Sequence record: DRR723986_1300
Direction: 5' to 3' (one strand)
DNA: 36,535 nucleotides
A program made the position numbers and the translations under genes. Every line of letters starts with the position of its first letter. Position 1 is the first letter of the stretch. The notes under the pieces are model-generated. The model had not been told where the DNA came from. It did no database searches and saw only the letters and a list, made by a program, of their open reading frames with translations. Positions 8,047-16,645 of the stretch are shown piece after piece.

Positions 8047-10053
8047 TCAGCGGTTAATCGCCTCGTACTGGGCATAGCGTGGCAGGATGGGCTGCAGGAT
8101 CTCCTGCAGTTCCTCCAACTCGCTCGCATAGCGCCGCCAGCTGTTGATCGCCCCGGTGTAGATTGGCTGGCGCACCTGCTCTGAACTGGCGGTGCGCACC
8201 GGGCGATCAGTTTCGTGAAAGTTGAGGCAGGCGTCCTCCCAGGGGAGTTCGCAGAAGTCCAGGATGCGCCGCACCTGGCTTTCCAGATCGAGCACCGTGT
8301 CTTCGTACTGCACGCGCAGCACCTTGCCCGGCAGTACCTCATCCCAGTGATCCATCAGGCGGTGATACTCCAGGCAGTATTCACCGATGTCGGCGATGTC
8401 GTAGGTAAAGTGCTGGCCCTTGGCGTAGAGCTGCTTGAGGTTGCCCAGGCAGGCATCCATGGGGTTGCGGCGGGCGTCGATAATCTTCGCGTTGGGCAGG
8501 ACCAGGTGGATGAGGCCCACGCTGGGAAAGTTATTGGGCATCTTGTCGATGAAGCAGGGCTTGCCCTCAACCCGGTGCATCCGCGCCCAGCCGAGGTAGT
8601 CGCTGCCCATGCGGTCGAAGTGCTCATCTGGCAGCTCACGCACGGCCTCCGGGTAATTCACCCCACCGACCCGGTTGCGATTGAGGCCGGCGGACAGGCG
8701 CCCGATATAGGGCAGTTCGCTGGTACCCTCCACCCGTGAATGGCTGGCGAGAATCTGCTCGGTCAGGGTCGAACCGGAGCGGGGCATGCCGAGAATGAAG
8801 ATCGGCGCGCTGTCCGGGTTACCGACGCCGGACCGGGTCGCCAGGAACTCGCGGCTGAACACCTCGATGATAGCGTCGTTCAACACCTCGGTGCGCACCG
8901 GGTCGTAGTTCACCAACTGGCGCTGCTTCTCATTGCCGAGCTGGTAGTGCTGCCAGGCCTGCTGGCTGTCCTTGCGGTCCTCGAAGGCCTTGCCCAGGGC
9001 GAAATAGAAGTTCACCTCGGACTGGGGCTCGAGGTCGCCGCCGGCCAGGCGCTCCTGCATCTGCGCCAGCTCGCTGTCGCTGAAGCTGTAGGTCTTGAGG
9101 TTGGCCATGCTCCAGTAAATCTCGCCGTTTTCCGGGCGCTGCTCGATACAGCGCCGGTAGGCCTCGATCGCTTCCTGCTGCCGGCCCACGGTTTTCAGGG
9201 CATGGCCCAGGCCGAGCAGGGCGCCGGCGTGATTCGGCTTCAGCGCCAGGCAGCGTTGCTGCGCTTCGACCGCGCGTTCGTTCAGGGCGGCCTGCGACAG
9301 GACGCCCGCGAGCAGGAAATGGGCCTGGGCGTTGTCAGGTGTGTTCTCGATAACCTTCTCGAAACAGCCGATGGCCTCGGTCCAGCGGTCCTGGTCCTTG
9401 TACAGGTTGCCGAGGTCGAGCAGGGCGAGGTTGTAGTCCGGCGCCAGGCCGGTAACCCGCTCGAGCAGCATTTCTGCGTCTTCGATCTTGCCCGCCCCGG
9501 CGGCGATCAATGCCAGCAGGCGCATGGCATCGACGTTATTGCGCTCACGCTGCAGGATCCGGCGGCAGATCCCCTCGGCTTCCTCCAGCCGGCCCTCCCG
9601 GTGCGCCTGGGCGGCCCGCGCCAGTTCGTGGCGCTCGGGGGCGAGGGCAAAGGCTTTCTCGTAGGCGTCATCGGCCTCCTTGCCGCGACCGCACATCGCC
9701 AGCGCCTTGCCGAGGTGGAACCAGGCGGATTCCAGCTCCTGGTCCAGGCGCACGGCCTTTTCCAGCAGTGGGATCGCTTCCTCCGCGCGTTGCAGGCCGA
9801 CCAGCAGCATGCCCAGGTCCTCGTGGGGCTTGGCGAAGGTGGGGGCCAGGTCGATGGTCTTGCGCAGCAGTTTCTCCGCCTCGCGGGGCTGGCGCAGCTG
9901 AATATGGATAGCGCCGCTCAGGCCGAGGATATTGACGTCGCCGGGACTGCGCTGCAGGGCCCGGTTGCAGGTTTCCAGTGCCTGTTGCGGTTGGCCTTCG
10001 CCCAGCAGGCGGATGGCTTGTTCAAAGGTTGCGCGGGAGGCTTCCAGCGGCAT
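8047..10053 (-). CDS. TPR-repeat sulfotransferase-domain protein
   Basis: About 380 aa of TPR helices followed by ILGMPRSGSTLTEQIL (5'-PSB), FIDKMPNN and TASSEQVRQPIY. Confidence 0.9.
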   Translation of the reverse strand: MPLEASRATFEQAIRLLGEGQPQQALETCNRALQRSPGDVNILGLSGAIHIQLRQPREAEKLLRKTIDLAPTFAKPHEDLGMLLVGLQRAEEAIPLLEKAVRLDQELESAWFHLGKALAMCGRGKEADDAYEKAFALAPERHELARAAQAHREGRLEEAEGICRRILQRERNNVDAMRLLALIAAGAGKIEDAEMLLERVTGLAPDYNLALLDLGNLYKDQDRWTEAIGCFEKVIENTPDNAQAHFLLAGVLSQAALNERAVEAQQRCLALKPNHAGALLGLGHALKTVGRQQEAIEAYRRCIEQRPENGEIYWSMANLKTYSFSDSELAQMQERLAGGDLEPQSEVNFYFALGKAFEDRKDSQQAWQHYQLGNEKQRQLVNYDPVRTEVLNDAIIEVFSREFLATRSGVGNPDSAPIFILGMPRSGSTLTEQILASHSRVEGTSELPYIGRLSAGLNRNRVGGVNYPEAVRELPDEHFDRMGSDYLGWARMHRVEGKPCFIDKMPNNFPSVGLIHLVLPNAKIIDARRNPMDACLGNLKQLYAKGQHFTYDIADIGEYCLEYHRLMDHWDEVLPGKVLRVQYEDTVLDLESQVRRILDFCELPWEDACLNFHETDRPVRTASSEQVRQPIYTGAINSWRRYASELEELQEILQPILPRYAQYEAINR

Positions 10054-10061
10054 CTGTCATC

Positions 10062-10709
10062 TCAGTCCGGTGCGAAGTGGCGGGGAAATACGGCGGCAAA
10101 GTAATCATGGCTGAGCCGCTTGCCCAGCTGCCGGTCGACGGCACGGGGTGACACCAGAATATCAAGCCACAGCCCGGTGGCAAGCGCGGTATAGGAGCGC
10201 ACAATGACCTTGCTGTTAACCCGGGTGTAGCCGCCCTCGGCGATCAGTGCATCACAAATGGCCTCGAGGGTTTCATCCACGGCGGTTTCGTGGGCCGAAC
10301 AGATTTTCTGGTAGGTGGGTCGGGCCTTGCTCTCGCCCATGAACGCGAACCACACCGCCAGCTTGTTGCGATCACAGATCCGGCTGCTGAAATCGAAGTC
10401 GATACAGGCCTGCAGGCGGCTGGCGTTATCGAGGTCCTCGCGCTGGCCGATTTTTCGCCAGCCGTCCACGTACTCTTCGCTGATCGAGCGCAGGGTCTCT
10501 TCCAGCAGCTTTTCCTTGCTCTGGAAGTGCAGGTTGACGATCCCCAGGCTGAGCCCGGCCTCGCTGGTGATATCGGCCATGGTGGTGCCGGACAGACCGG
10601 CGCGGGCGATGCAGGCGATGGTGGCCTGGATCAGCTGTTGGCGGCGGGCTTTCTTGGCTTCCTCGCGGTTTGCCGGCTTGGCGCGAGGCCTGGTCTGGGT
10701 CGTTGCCAT
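10062..10709 (-). CDS. TetR family transcriptional regulator (BetI-like)
   Basis: RRQQLIQAT...TTMADITSEAGLSLGIVNLHFQSKEKL helix-turn-helix; BetI-type C-terminus (W..F, GLWL); divergent from the catabolic operon. Confidence 0.9.
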   Translation of the reverse strand: MATTQTRPRAKPANREEAKKARRQQLIQATIACIARAGLSGTTMADITSEAGLSLGIVNLHFQSKEKLLEETLRSISEEYVDGWRKIGQREDLDNASRLQACIDFDFSSRICDRNKLAVWFAFMGESKARPTYQKICSAHETAVDETLEAICDALIAEGGYTRVNSKVIVRSYTALATGLWLDILVSPRAVDRQLGKRLSHDYFAAVFPRHFAPD

Positions 10710-10768
10710 CGGGCGATCCCGGTGATCCCTGTAGAGGTGTTAATCATACACCGGAGTGCCCGATTATT

Positions 10769-10788
10769 AAATGAATGAGTATTCATTC
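10769..10788. promoter_or_regulatory. Palindromic operator AAATGAATGAGTATTCATTC in the divergent tetR/operon region
   Basis: 18/20 identical to 2114-2133; lies between the tetR start (10709) and the operon start (10850). Confidence 0.8.
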
Positions 10789-10849
10789 AGATATAGACAA
10801 AGCCGGGGCGGGCGTGGCATCCTGCCCGAGTTCTCTCGCTGGACGAATA

Positions 10850-12469
10850 ATGATGAAGAAGTACGATGCGATTGTGATCGGGGCCGGACACAATGGCCTG
10901 GCCAACGCCGCTTACCTCGCCAAGGCCGGCCTGGATGTGCTGGTGCTGGAGCGGAACGGCTATATCGGCGGGGCTACGGTCAGCCGTGAACTCCACCCGG
11001 ACTGGAAATACTCCAACTGTTCCTATGTCTGCAGCCTGTTGAGGCCGGAGATCACCCGCGACCTGGAACTGCCACGCCACGGGTTGCAGGTCGTACCCTA
11101 CGGGGGCGGCGTGACCTTCATGCAGAATGGCGACCACTTCGGCAACTATCACGATCACGAGCGCCAGCGGCGGGAAATTGCCCGCCACTCGCTGCGCGAC
11201 GCCAATGCCTACGAGCGCTACGAGGCGGATGTCTCCAAGCAGACCCGCCTGATCCGGCCCTTCCTGATGCGTACCCCGCCGGACCCGACATCGCTGAAAC
11301 CACGCGACCTCAAGGAACTACTGACCCTGGCCCGCGCCTTTACCGAGTTGGGCGAGCAGGGGCTGTCCGACACTCTGCGCTTCTGGACCGCGAGCATCGG
11401 TGATTTTCTCGATGAGTACTTCGAGACCGACGTGATCAAGGCGCACCTGGGCGGTAGCGGCATTATCGGCACGGCACTGGGGGTCTACTCCCCGGGTACG
11501 GCCTACGTCCTGCTGCACCATTACATGGGTGACGTCGATGGCACGGTCGGCGCCTGGGGTTTTGCCCGCGGCGGTATGGGCGCGGTAGCGGCAGCGCTGG
11601 CCGCCTCGTTCCAGTCCTTCGGTGGCGAGATTCTGTGCGATGCCGATGTTGACCAGATCACGGTTCGCGACGGTCGCACCACCGGCGTGGCATTGAAAGA
11701 CGGGCGTGAACTGAAGGCCGACATCGTGGTATCCAACCTCGACCCGAAGCGCACCTTCCTCGACATCATGGATGCGGGCGACCTGCCGGCGGACGTGGTG
11801 CACAAGGCCAGGAACTTCAAGATTCGCGGCTCCTCCGGCAAGGTCAATATCGCCCTCGATGGGCTGCCGACCTTCAACGGCCTGGACCAGAACAGCCCGC
11901 TGATGGTCGGCGATATGCACTTCAGCGACTCGCTGGAGCGGATGGAGCGCGCCTACGACGATTGGAAAAACGAGACCTGGTCGAAAGACCCCTACCTGGA
12001 CATGCTGATCCCGACCCAGGTGGACCCGACCATGGCGCCCCCGGGCAAGCACATGATGACGGTGTTTGTGCAGTACGCGCCGCCCAAGGTGAACGGTGGC
12101 GAGTGGACTGACGAGGACCGCGACGCCTTCGGCAAGACGGTGATCGACCAGATCGCCCGCTACAGCCCCGATTTCAAGGACCTGATCCTGCACGCCGAGG
12201 TGCGTACCCCGCGCGAGCTGGAAAACGAGGTAGGCCTGACCGAGGGCAACATCTTCCAGGGTGAGCTGACTTTCGATCAGCTGTTGTTCAACCGCCCGTT
12301 CCCCGGTTACGCCCAGTACCGCGGCCCGGTGAAGGGTATGTACATGTGCGGCTCCGGCACCCACCCGGGTGGCGGCGTGATGGCCGCACCGGGCGCCAAC
12401 GCGGCGCGGGAGATCCTGATGGACCTGAAGCTTGCCAATACCGTGCCCGGAGGATACGCCGATGACTAA
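10850..12469 (+). CDS. COG1233 FAD-dependent oxidoreductase (phytoene dehydrogenase superfamily, PYROXD2-like), subunit 1
   Basis: YDAIVIGAGHNGL, SLLRPEI..DLEL.RHGL, GTAYVLLHH.MG...GAWG...GGMG, YMCGSGTHPGGGV. Start is ATG 10850 or 10853; the ORF-track start at 10775 lies inside the operator. Confidence 0.88.
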   Translation: MMKKYDAIVIGAGHNGLANAAYLAKAGLDVLVLERNGYIGGATVSRELHPDWKYSNCSYVCSLLRPEITRDLELPRHGLQVVPYGGGVTFMQNGDHFGNYHDHERQRREIARHSLRDANAYERYEADVSKQTRLIRPFLMRTPPDPTSLKPRDLKELLTLARAFTELGEQGLSDTLRFWTASIGDFLDEYFETDVIKAHLGGSGIIGTALGVYSPGTAYVLLHHYMGDVDGTVGAWGFARGGMGAVAAALAASFQSFGGEILCDADVDQITVRDGRTTGVALKDGRELKADIVVSNLDPKRTFLDIMDAGDLPADVVHKARNFKIRGSSGKVNIALDGLPTFNGLDQNSPLMVGDMHFSDSLERMERAYDDWKNETWSKDPYLDMLIPTQVDPTMAPPGKHMMTVFVQYAPPKVNGGEWTDEDRDAFGKTVIDQIARYSPDFKDLILHAEVRTPRELENEVGLTEGNIFQGELTFDQLLFNRPFPGYAQYRGPVKGMYMCGSGTHPGGGVMAAPGANAAREILMDLKLANTVPGGYADD

Positions 12470-14024
12470 GTATGACGTGGTCGTGGTCGGTGGTGGCCAC
12501 AACGGTCTGGTATGCGCGGCCTACCTGGCGAAAGCCGGGCGCAAGGTGCTGGTGCTGGAAGCGAATGCGATCGCCGGTGGCGGCGCCAGCACCCGCGAGT
12601 TCGCGCCCGGGTTTTCGGTATCGGGCTGCGCCCACTGGCTCTACCAGCTCAACCCCGAGGTGGCGGCTGACCTCGCGCTGGACAGGCATGGCCTGTCCTA
12701 CGCAGCCCGCGACCTGGACACTATCGGCCTGGCGGCGGATGGCAACTGCGTTACCGTGGGTGCCACGGGCATCAGCGGCGCGTCCCTGTCGAACAAGGAC
12801 CACGCGGCGTTCGGCCCGTTCCAGGCCCGGATGACCCGGTTCGCCAAATTCCTGGCCAATGCCTACAAGCGGCGGGCGCCGAAGCTGGTAGATGCCGACC
12901 TGCACGACCGGTTCACCCTGCTGAAGATGGGGTTGGACATGAAACTGCTGGGCAGGGAAGACATGCAGCAGCTGATGCGCCTGGCCCTGATTAATACCTA
13001 TGACGTGCTCAACGAGACCTTCGATGACGAGCACCTCAAGGGCGTGCTGAGCCTTGATGGTGTGCTCGGTGCCCATATGGGCCCGCGCTCACCCAACACG
13101 GTGTTTGGCTACATGTATCGCCGCCTGGGCGAGGTTTATGGCTTTAACGGCCCGGCCCAGGTCAGCGGCGGTATGGGCCAGCTCGCCGAGGCCATGGCCA
13201 GCGCTGCGAAAGCGAGCGGTGTGGAAGTGCGCACCGGTGCGCGGGTTGCCAGCATCGATCTGGATGCGGACAGCGCGACCGGGGTGACCCTGGAGAGTGG
13301 CGAGCGGATTGAGGCCGGGACCGTGGTCTCGGCTGCCGACCCCAAGACGACCTTCCGCGACCTGGTGGGCTATCGCAACGTAGAGGCCGGCACCAGCCGC
13401 CGGGTACACAACATCCGCATGCAGGGTAATGCCGCCAAGTTGCACCTGGCGCTGGACGGGCTGCCGGAATTTGCCGGGCTCAGCGCCGATCAGCTGGGCC
13501 AGCGACTGGTGATTGCCCCGAACATGAAGTACGTCGATAACGCCTTCAACCATGCCAAGTACGGCGAGTACTCGACCGCGCCGATCATGGATATCAGTAT
13601 CCCGACGGTGAACGACCCGGGTCTGGCCCCGGCTGGCAAGCATGTGCTGTCCGCCATCGTGCAGTTCGCACCCTATGCGCTGCGCGAGGGTTGGGACACC
13701 GGCAAAGCCGCGTTTGAGCGGATCTGCCTGGATACCCTGGGGCAGTACGCTCCCGGACTGGAGGCGCTGGTCACGGCCTCCGAACTGCTGACCCCGGTGG
13801 ACCTGGAAGCTGAGTTCAACATGGCCGGCGGACACTGGCACCACGGCGAGATCGCCCTGGACCAGATCATGATGATGCGTCCGTTCTACGGCGCTACCCA
13901 GTACGCCACCCCGGTGGACAACCTGTACCTGTGCAGTGCTGGCTCGAACCCCGGCGGGGGGCTCATGGGACTGGCCGGCCGCAATGCCGCCAGGGAGATT
14001 ATCAAGAGGGGGAAAGCCGCATGA
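12462..14024 (+). CDS. COG1233 FAD-dependent oxidoreductase, subunit 2
   Basis: YDVVVVGGGHNGL, GGMGQL, GGHWHHGE, LYLCSAGSNPGGG; GGAGGA SD before ATG 12462; 8-nt overlap with the upstream gene. Confidence 0.88.
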   Translation: MTKYDVVVVGGGHNGLVCAAYLAKAGRKVLVLEANAIAGGGASTREFAPGFSVSGCAHWLYQLNPEVAADLALDRHGLSYAARDLDTIGLAADGNCVTVGATGISGASLSNKDHAAFGPFQARMTRFAKFLANAYKRRAPKLVDADLHDRFTLLKMGLDMKLLGREDMQQLMRLALINTYDVLNETFDDEHLKGVLSLDGVLGAHMGPRSPNTVFGYMYRRLGEVYGFNGPAQVSGGMGQLAEAMASAAKASGVEVRTGARVASIDLDADSATGVTLESGERIEAGTVVSAADPKTTFRDLVGYRNVEAGTSRRVHNIRMQGNAAKLHLALDGLPEFAGLSADQLGQRLVIAPNMKYVDNAFNHAKYGEYSTAPIMDISIPTVNDPGLAPAGKHVLSAIVQFAPYALREGWDTGKAAFERICLDTLGQYAPGLEALVTASELLTPVDLEAEFNMAGGHWHHGEIALDQIMMMRPFYGATQYATPVDNLYLCSAGSNPGGGLMGLAGRNAAREIIKRGKAA

Positions 14025-15208
14025 ACGCTCGCAACCGCTCCATGGAAATGATGCTGCGAACCCCGTTTCACAGCCGCGTTGCACAGGCCTGTGAAACCAA
14101 CGACTGGTATGGCTGGAAGGGTTACACCACTCCCAACAGCTACACCGATGTGGAACTGGAATACTTCGCCATCCGCAATGCCTGCGGTGTGTTCGACCTG
14201 TGCCCGATGATCAAGTACCGGATCACCGGTCCCGATGCCGAGGCTTACCTCAACCGCCTGGTGACCCGCGATGTGAGCAAGCTGCGGGTCGGCCGTGTGG
14301 GTTATACGGTGTGGTGCGATGACGCCGGTCAGGTGCTCGACGATGGCACCTTGTTCCACCTGGGCGAAAACGATTACCGGCTGTGTTCCTATACCCATGT
14401 TCTGGACTGGCTGTGCTGTTCAGCGCTGGGCTTTGATGTCTCGGTGGTTGATGAGACCGCCGAGGTGGCGGCGCTGTCGTTGCAGGGGCCAACCAGCTGC
14501 TCTGCGCTGCGGGCGCTGGGCCTGGAAGGTATCGGCGAACTCAAGCCTTTCGGCCTGATGGACTTCAGCTTCGAGGGCAAGCCCCTGATGGTGAGCCGCA
14601 CCGGCTTTACCGGCGACCTGGGCTACGAACTGTGGATTGAGGCCGGCAGTGCGGAAGCGCTGTGGGACGCCCTGTTTGCCGCCGGCGCACCTTATCTTAT
14701 CAAGTGTGTTGGCGCCGAGGCCTATGACCTGGCGCGCATCGAGGCGGGTTTCCTGCAGGCGGGGGTGGACTTCGTGCCCTCCGAGGAGACCGTCCGCATC
14801 GGCCGTGGCAGTTCACCCTTCGAGCTGGGCCTCGACTGGCTGGTGGATCTCGACAAGCCGGTGTTCAACGGACGCAAGGCCCTGCTCGCCGAGAAACAAC
14901 GCGGACCGGCCAAGCGTATCGTGATGCTGGACGTCGAAGGCAACAAGCCGGCAATGCACTCCTTTGTTTACTCGGGCAAGAAGCAGGTGGGAACGGTGAC
15001 CTCCGCCGCCTGGTGCCCGACTATCAAGTCTAACTTTGCCATCGCCTCGGTCGACGCGGCCTACAGCGCGCCGGGTACCGAGCTGGTGGCGGAAATCTAT
15101 TATCAACGGGAACTGCACTGGACCCGGTTGATGGCCAGCTGCAAGGTGTTGGACGCTCCTCTGTTCAATCCGCCGCGCCGCCGCCAGACGCCGGCTCCGG
15201 CCTTCTAG
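14021..15208 (+). CDS. GcvT-like aminomethyltransferase (folate-binding) family protein
   Basis: LRTPFH, EYFAIRNACGVFDL, DDGT, LQGP, SRTGFTGDLGYELW, ARIEAG, GTVTS; ATGA overlap fixes the start at 14021. Confidence 0.9.
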   Translation: MNARNRSMEMMLRTPFHSRVAQACETNDWYGWKGYTTPNSYTDVELEYFAIRNACGVFDLCPMIKYRITGPDAEAYLNRLVTRDVSKLRVGRVGYTVWCDDAGQVLDDGTLFHLGENDYRLCSYTHVLDWLCCSALGFDVSVVDETAEVAALSLQGPTSCSALRALGLEGIGELKPFGLMDFSFEGKPLMVSRTGFTGDLGYELWIEAGSAEALWDALFAAGAPYLIKCVGAEAYDLARIEAGFLQAGVDFVPSEETVRIGRGSSPFELGLDWLVDLDKPVFNGRKALLAEKQRGPAKRIVMLDVEGNKPAMHSFVYSGKKQVGTVTSAAWCPTIKSNFAIASVDAAYSAPGTELVAEIYYQRELHWTRLMASCKVLDAPLFNPPRRRQTPAPAF

Positions 15209-15250
15209 GCCGCGGGATACAGTGCCGGTTCACAGGAGTGGGTAAACCCG

Positions 15251-16633
15251 ATGAAACCGGATTCAAGCCAGGAGCTGGCGGACTTTCTGCTCCGCCACCC
15301 CGAAACGACCATGCTGGAAGTGCTGATGGTCGATATGAACGGGATTCCTCGCTGCAAGCGTATCCCGCGCGGAGAGTTTGAAGCGCTGTTCCGCGGCGAG
15401 CTGAGCACCTGTGCGGCCACCCCACTGTGCAACACCCTGGGTACCATCATCGAGGACATCGGCCGCGGAACCGCGGACGGTGATCCCGATGGGCCATTGG
15501 TCGTGGTGCCGGGCACGCTGGCGCCGATACCCTGGCTGGCCTCGAACACCGCTCAGGTGCTGGCAAGCTTTCGCGAGGAAGACGGCAGTCCCAGCGCCAT
15601 CGACCCGCGCTGTATCCTGCAGAACGTGCTGGACCGTTTTGCCACTCTTGGCCTCAAGCCGGTGGTCGCCACGGAGCTTGAATTTTACCTGCTGGAGCCC
15701 GGCGAGGCAGACCGGCCCTCCCTGCGCCTGGGCCTGGTGCCGGGTACCGGCCTGCGTCAGGAAGGCGCCCAGTACGCCATGCCGGAAGACCTCTGGGACA
15801 ATGACGCGTTTCTCGAGGACATGCGCACCACTTCGGCACTGCAGGGCATCCCGATGACCACAGTGCTGTCGGAGTTTTCCCCCGGCCAGTTTGAAATCAA
15901 CCTGCACCACGTGGATGACCCGGTCCAGGCCTGCGACCACGCGGTGCTGCTCAAACGTGCGGTCAAGGGCACTGCCCGCCAGCACGGTCTCGGCTCTACC
16001 TTCATGGCCAAGCCGTTTCAGGATATCGCCGGCAGTGGCCTGCATATCCATATCAGCCTGTACGACCAGGACGGCAACAATATCTTCGCCGATCCCGCTG
16101 CCACCAGTGCCCCCGGCCTGACGGACCGGATGCGGCACGCGGTCGGTGGCCTGGCGGCAACCATGGGCGACGCCATGGCGATCTTCGCTCCCAATGCGAA
16201 CTCCTATCGCCGGCTGATCCCGGATAATTTTGCTCCCCTGACCCCTAACTGGGGCTACAACCACCGCTGCGTGTCGCTGCGCGTCCCGGTGTCCAGTCCG
16301 GAAAACCGCCGTATTGAACACCGCACGGCGGGTGCCGATGCCAATCCCTATCTGGTGATGGCGGCGGTACTGGCCGGTATCCAGTACGGCCTCGAACACC
16401 AGTGCGACCCGGGCCGCATGGTGCAAGAGGGCGAGGAAATCAAAGAAGGCCCGGCGACGCTGCCGCGCTACTGGCCGGACTCGCTGAACACCTTTGAAGC
16501 CAGCGACTTTTCCCGTGACCTGCTCGGTGCCGATTTTCATCGGCTGTTCACCACCATCCGGCGCCAGGAGTGCGAGGAGTTCGCGGCGACCATAGCCGAC
16601 CTCGATTACCGCTGGTACCTGCGGTCTGTTTAA
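15251..16633 (+). CDS. Glutamine synthetase-like gamma-glutamyl-amine ligase (PuuA/PauA-like)
   Basis: DMNG, TELEFYL, EFSPGQFEINL, TFMAKP, GSGLHIHISL, NSYRRL, RIEHRTAGADANPYL; amine-catabolic gene context. Confidence 0.85.
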   Translation: MKPDSSQELADFLLRHPETTMLEVLMVDMNGIPRCKRIPRGEFEALFRGELSTCAATPLCNTLGTIIEDIGRGTADGDPDGPLVVVPGTLAPIPWLASNTAQVLASFREEDGSPSAIDPRCILQNVLDRFATLGLKPVVATELEFYLLEPGEADRPSLRLGLVPGTGLRQEGAQYAMPEDLWDNDAFLEDMRTTSALQGIPMTTVLSEFSPGQFEINLHHVDDPVQACDHAVLLKRAVKGTARQHGLGSTFMAKPFQDIAGSGLHIHISLYDQDGNNIFADPAATSAPGLTDRMRHAVGGLAATMGDAMAIFAPNANSYRRLIPDNFAPLTPNWGYNHRCVSLRVPVSSPENRRIEHRTAGADANPYLVMAAVLAGIQYGLEHQCDPGRMVQEGEEIKEGPATLPRYWPDSLNTFEASDFSRDLLGADFHRLFTTIRRQECEEFAATIADLDYRWYLRSV

Positions 16634-16645
16634 AGAGAAACTGTC

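Noticed and set aside
10062-10709. Assigning the gene symbol betI
   Set aside because: No betA, betB or betT in the window, and the candidate operator differs from the BetI box as I recall it.
10775-10849. ORF-track N-terminal extensions (also 4541, 12432, 13931, 26594, 28349, 31683, 32191)
   Set aside because: They overlap operators, promoters or upstream genes; downstream starts fit SD sites, stop/start overlaps or domain boundaries better.
10850-14024. Carotenoid biosynthesis (crtI) call for the COG1233 genes
   Set aside because: No crtB, crtE or crtY nearby; the context is amine catabolism.
14021-15208. Glycine cleavage gcvT
   Set aside because: No gcvH or gcvP adjacent; the gene is coupled to flavoproteins instead, so only a family-level call is made.
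15251-16633. Housekeeping glnA
   Set aside because: Sequence and context fit the PuuA-like glutamylase branch; no ntrBC adjacent.
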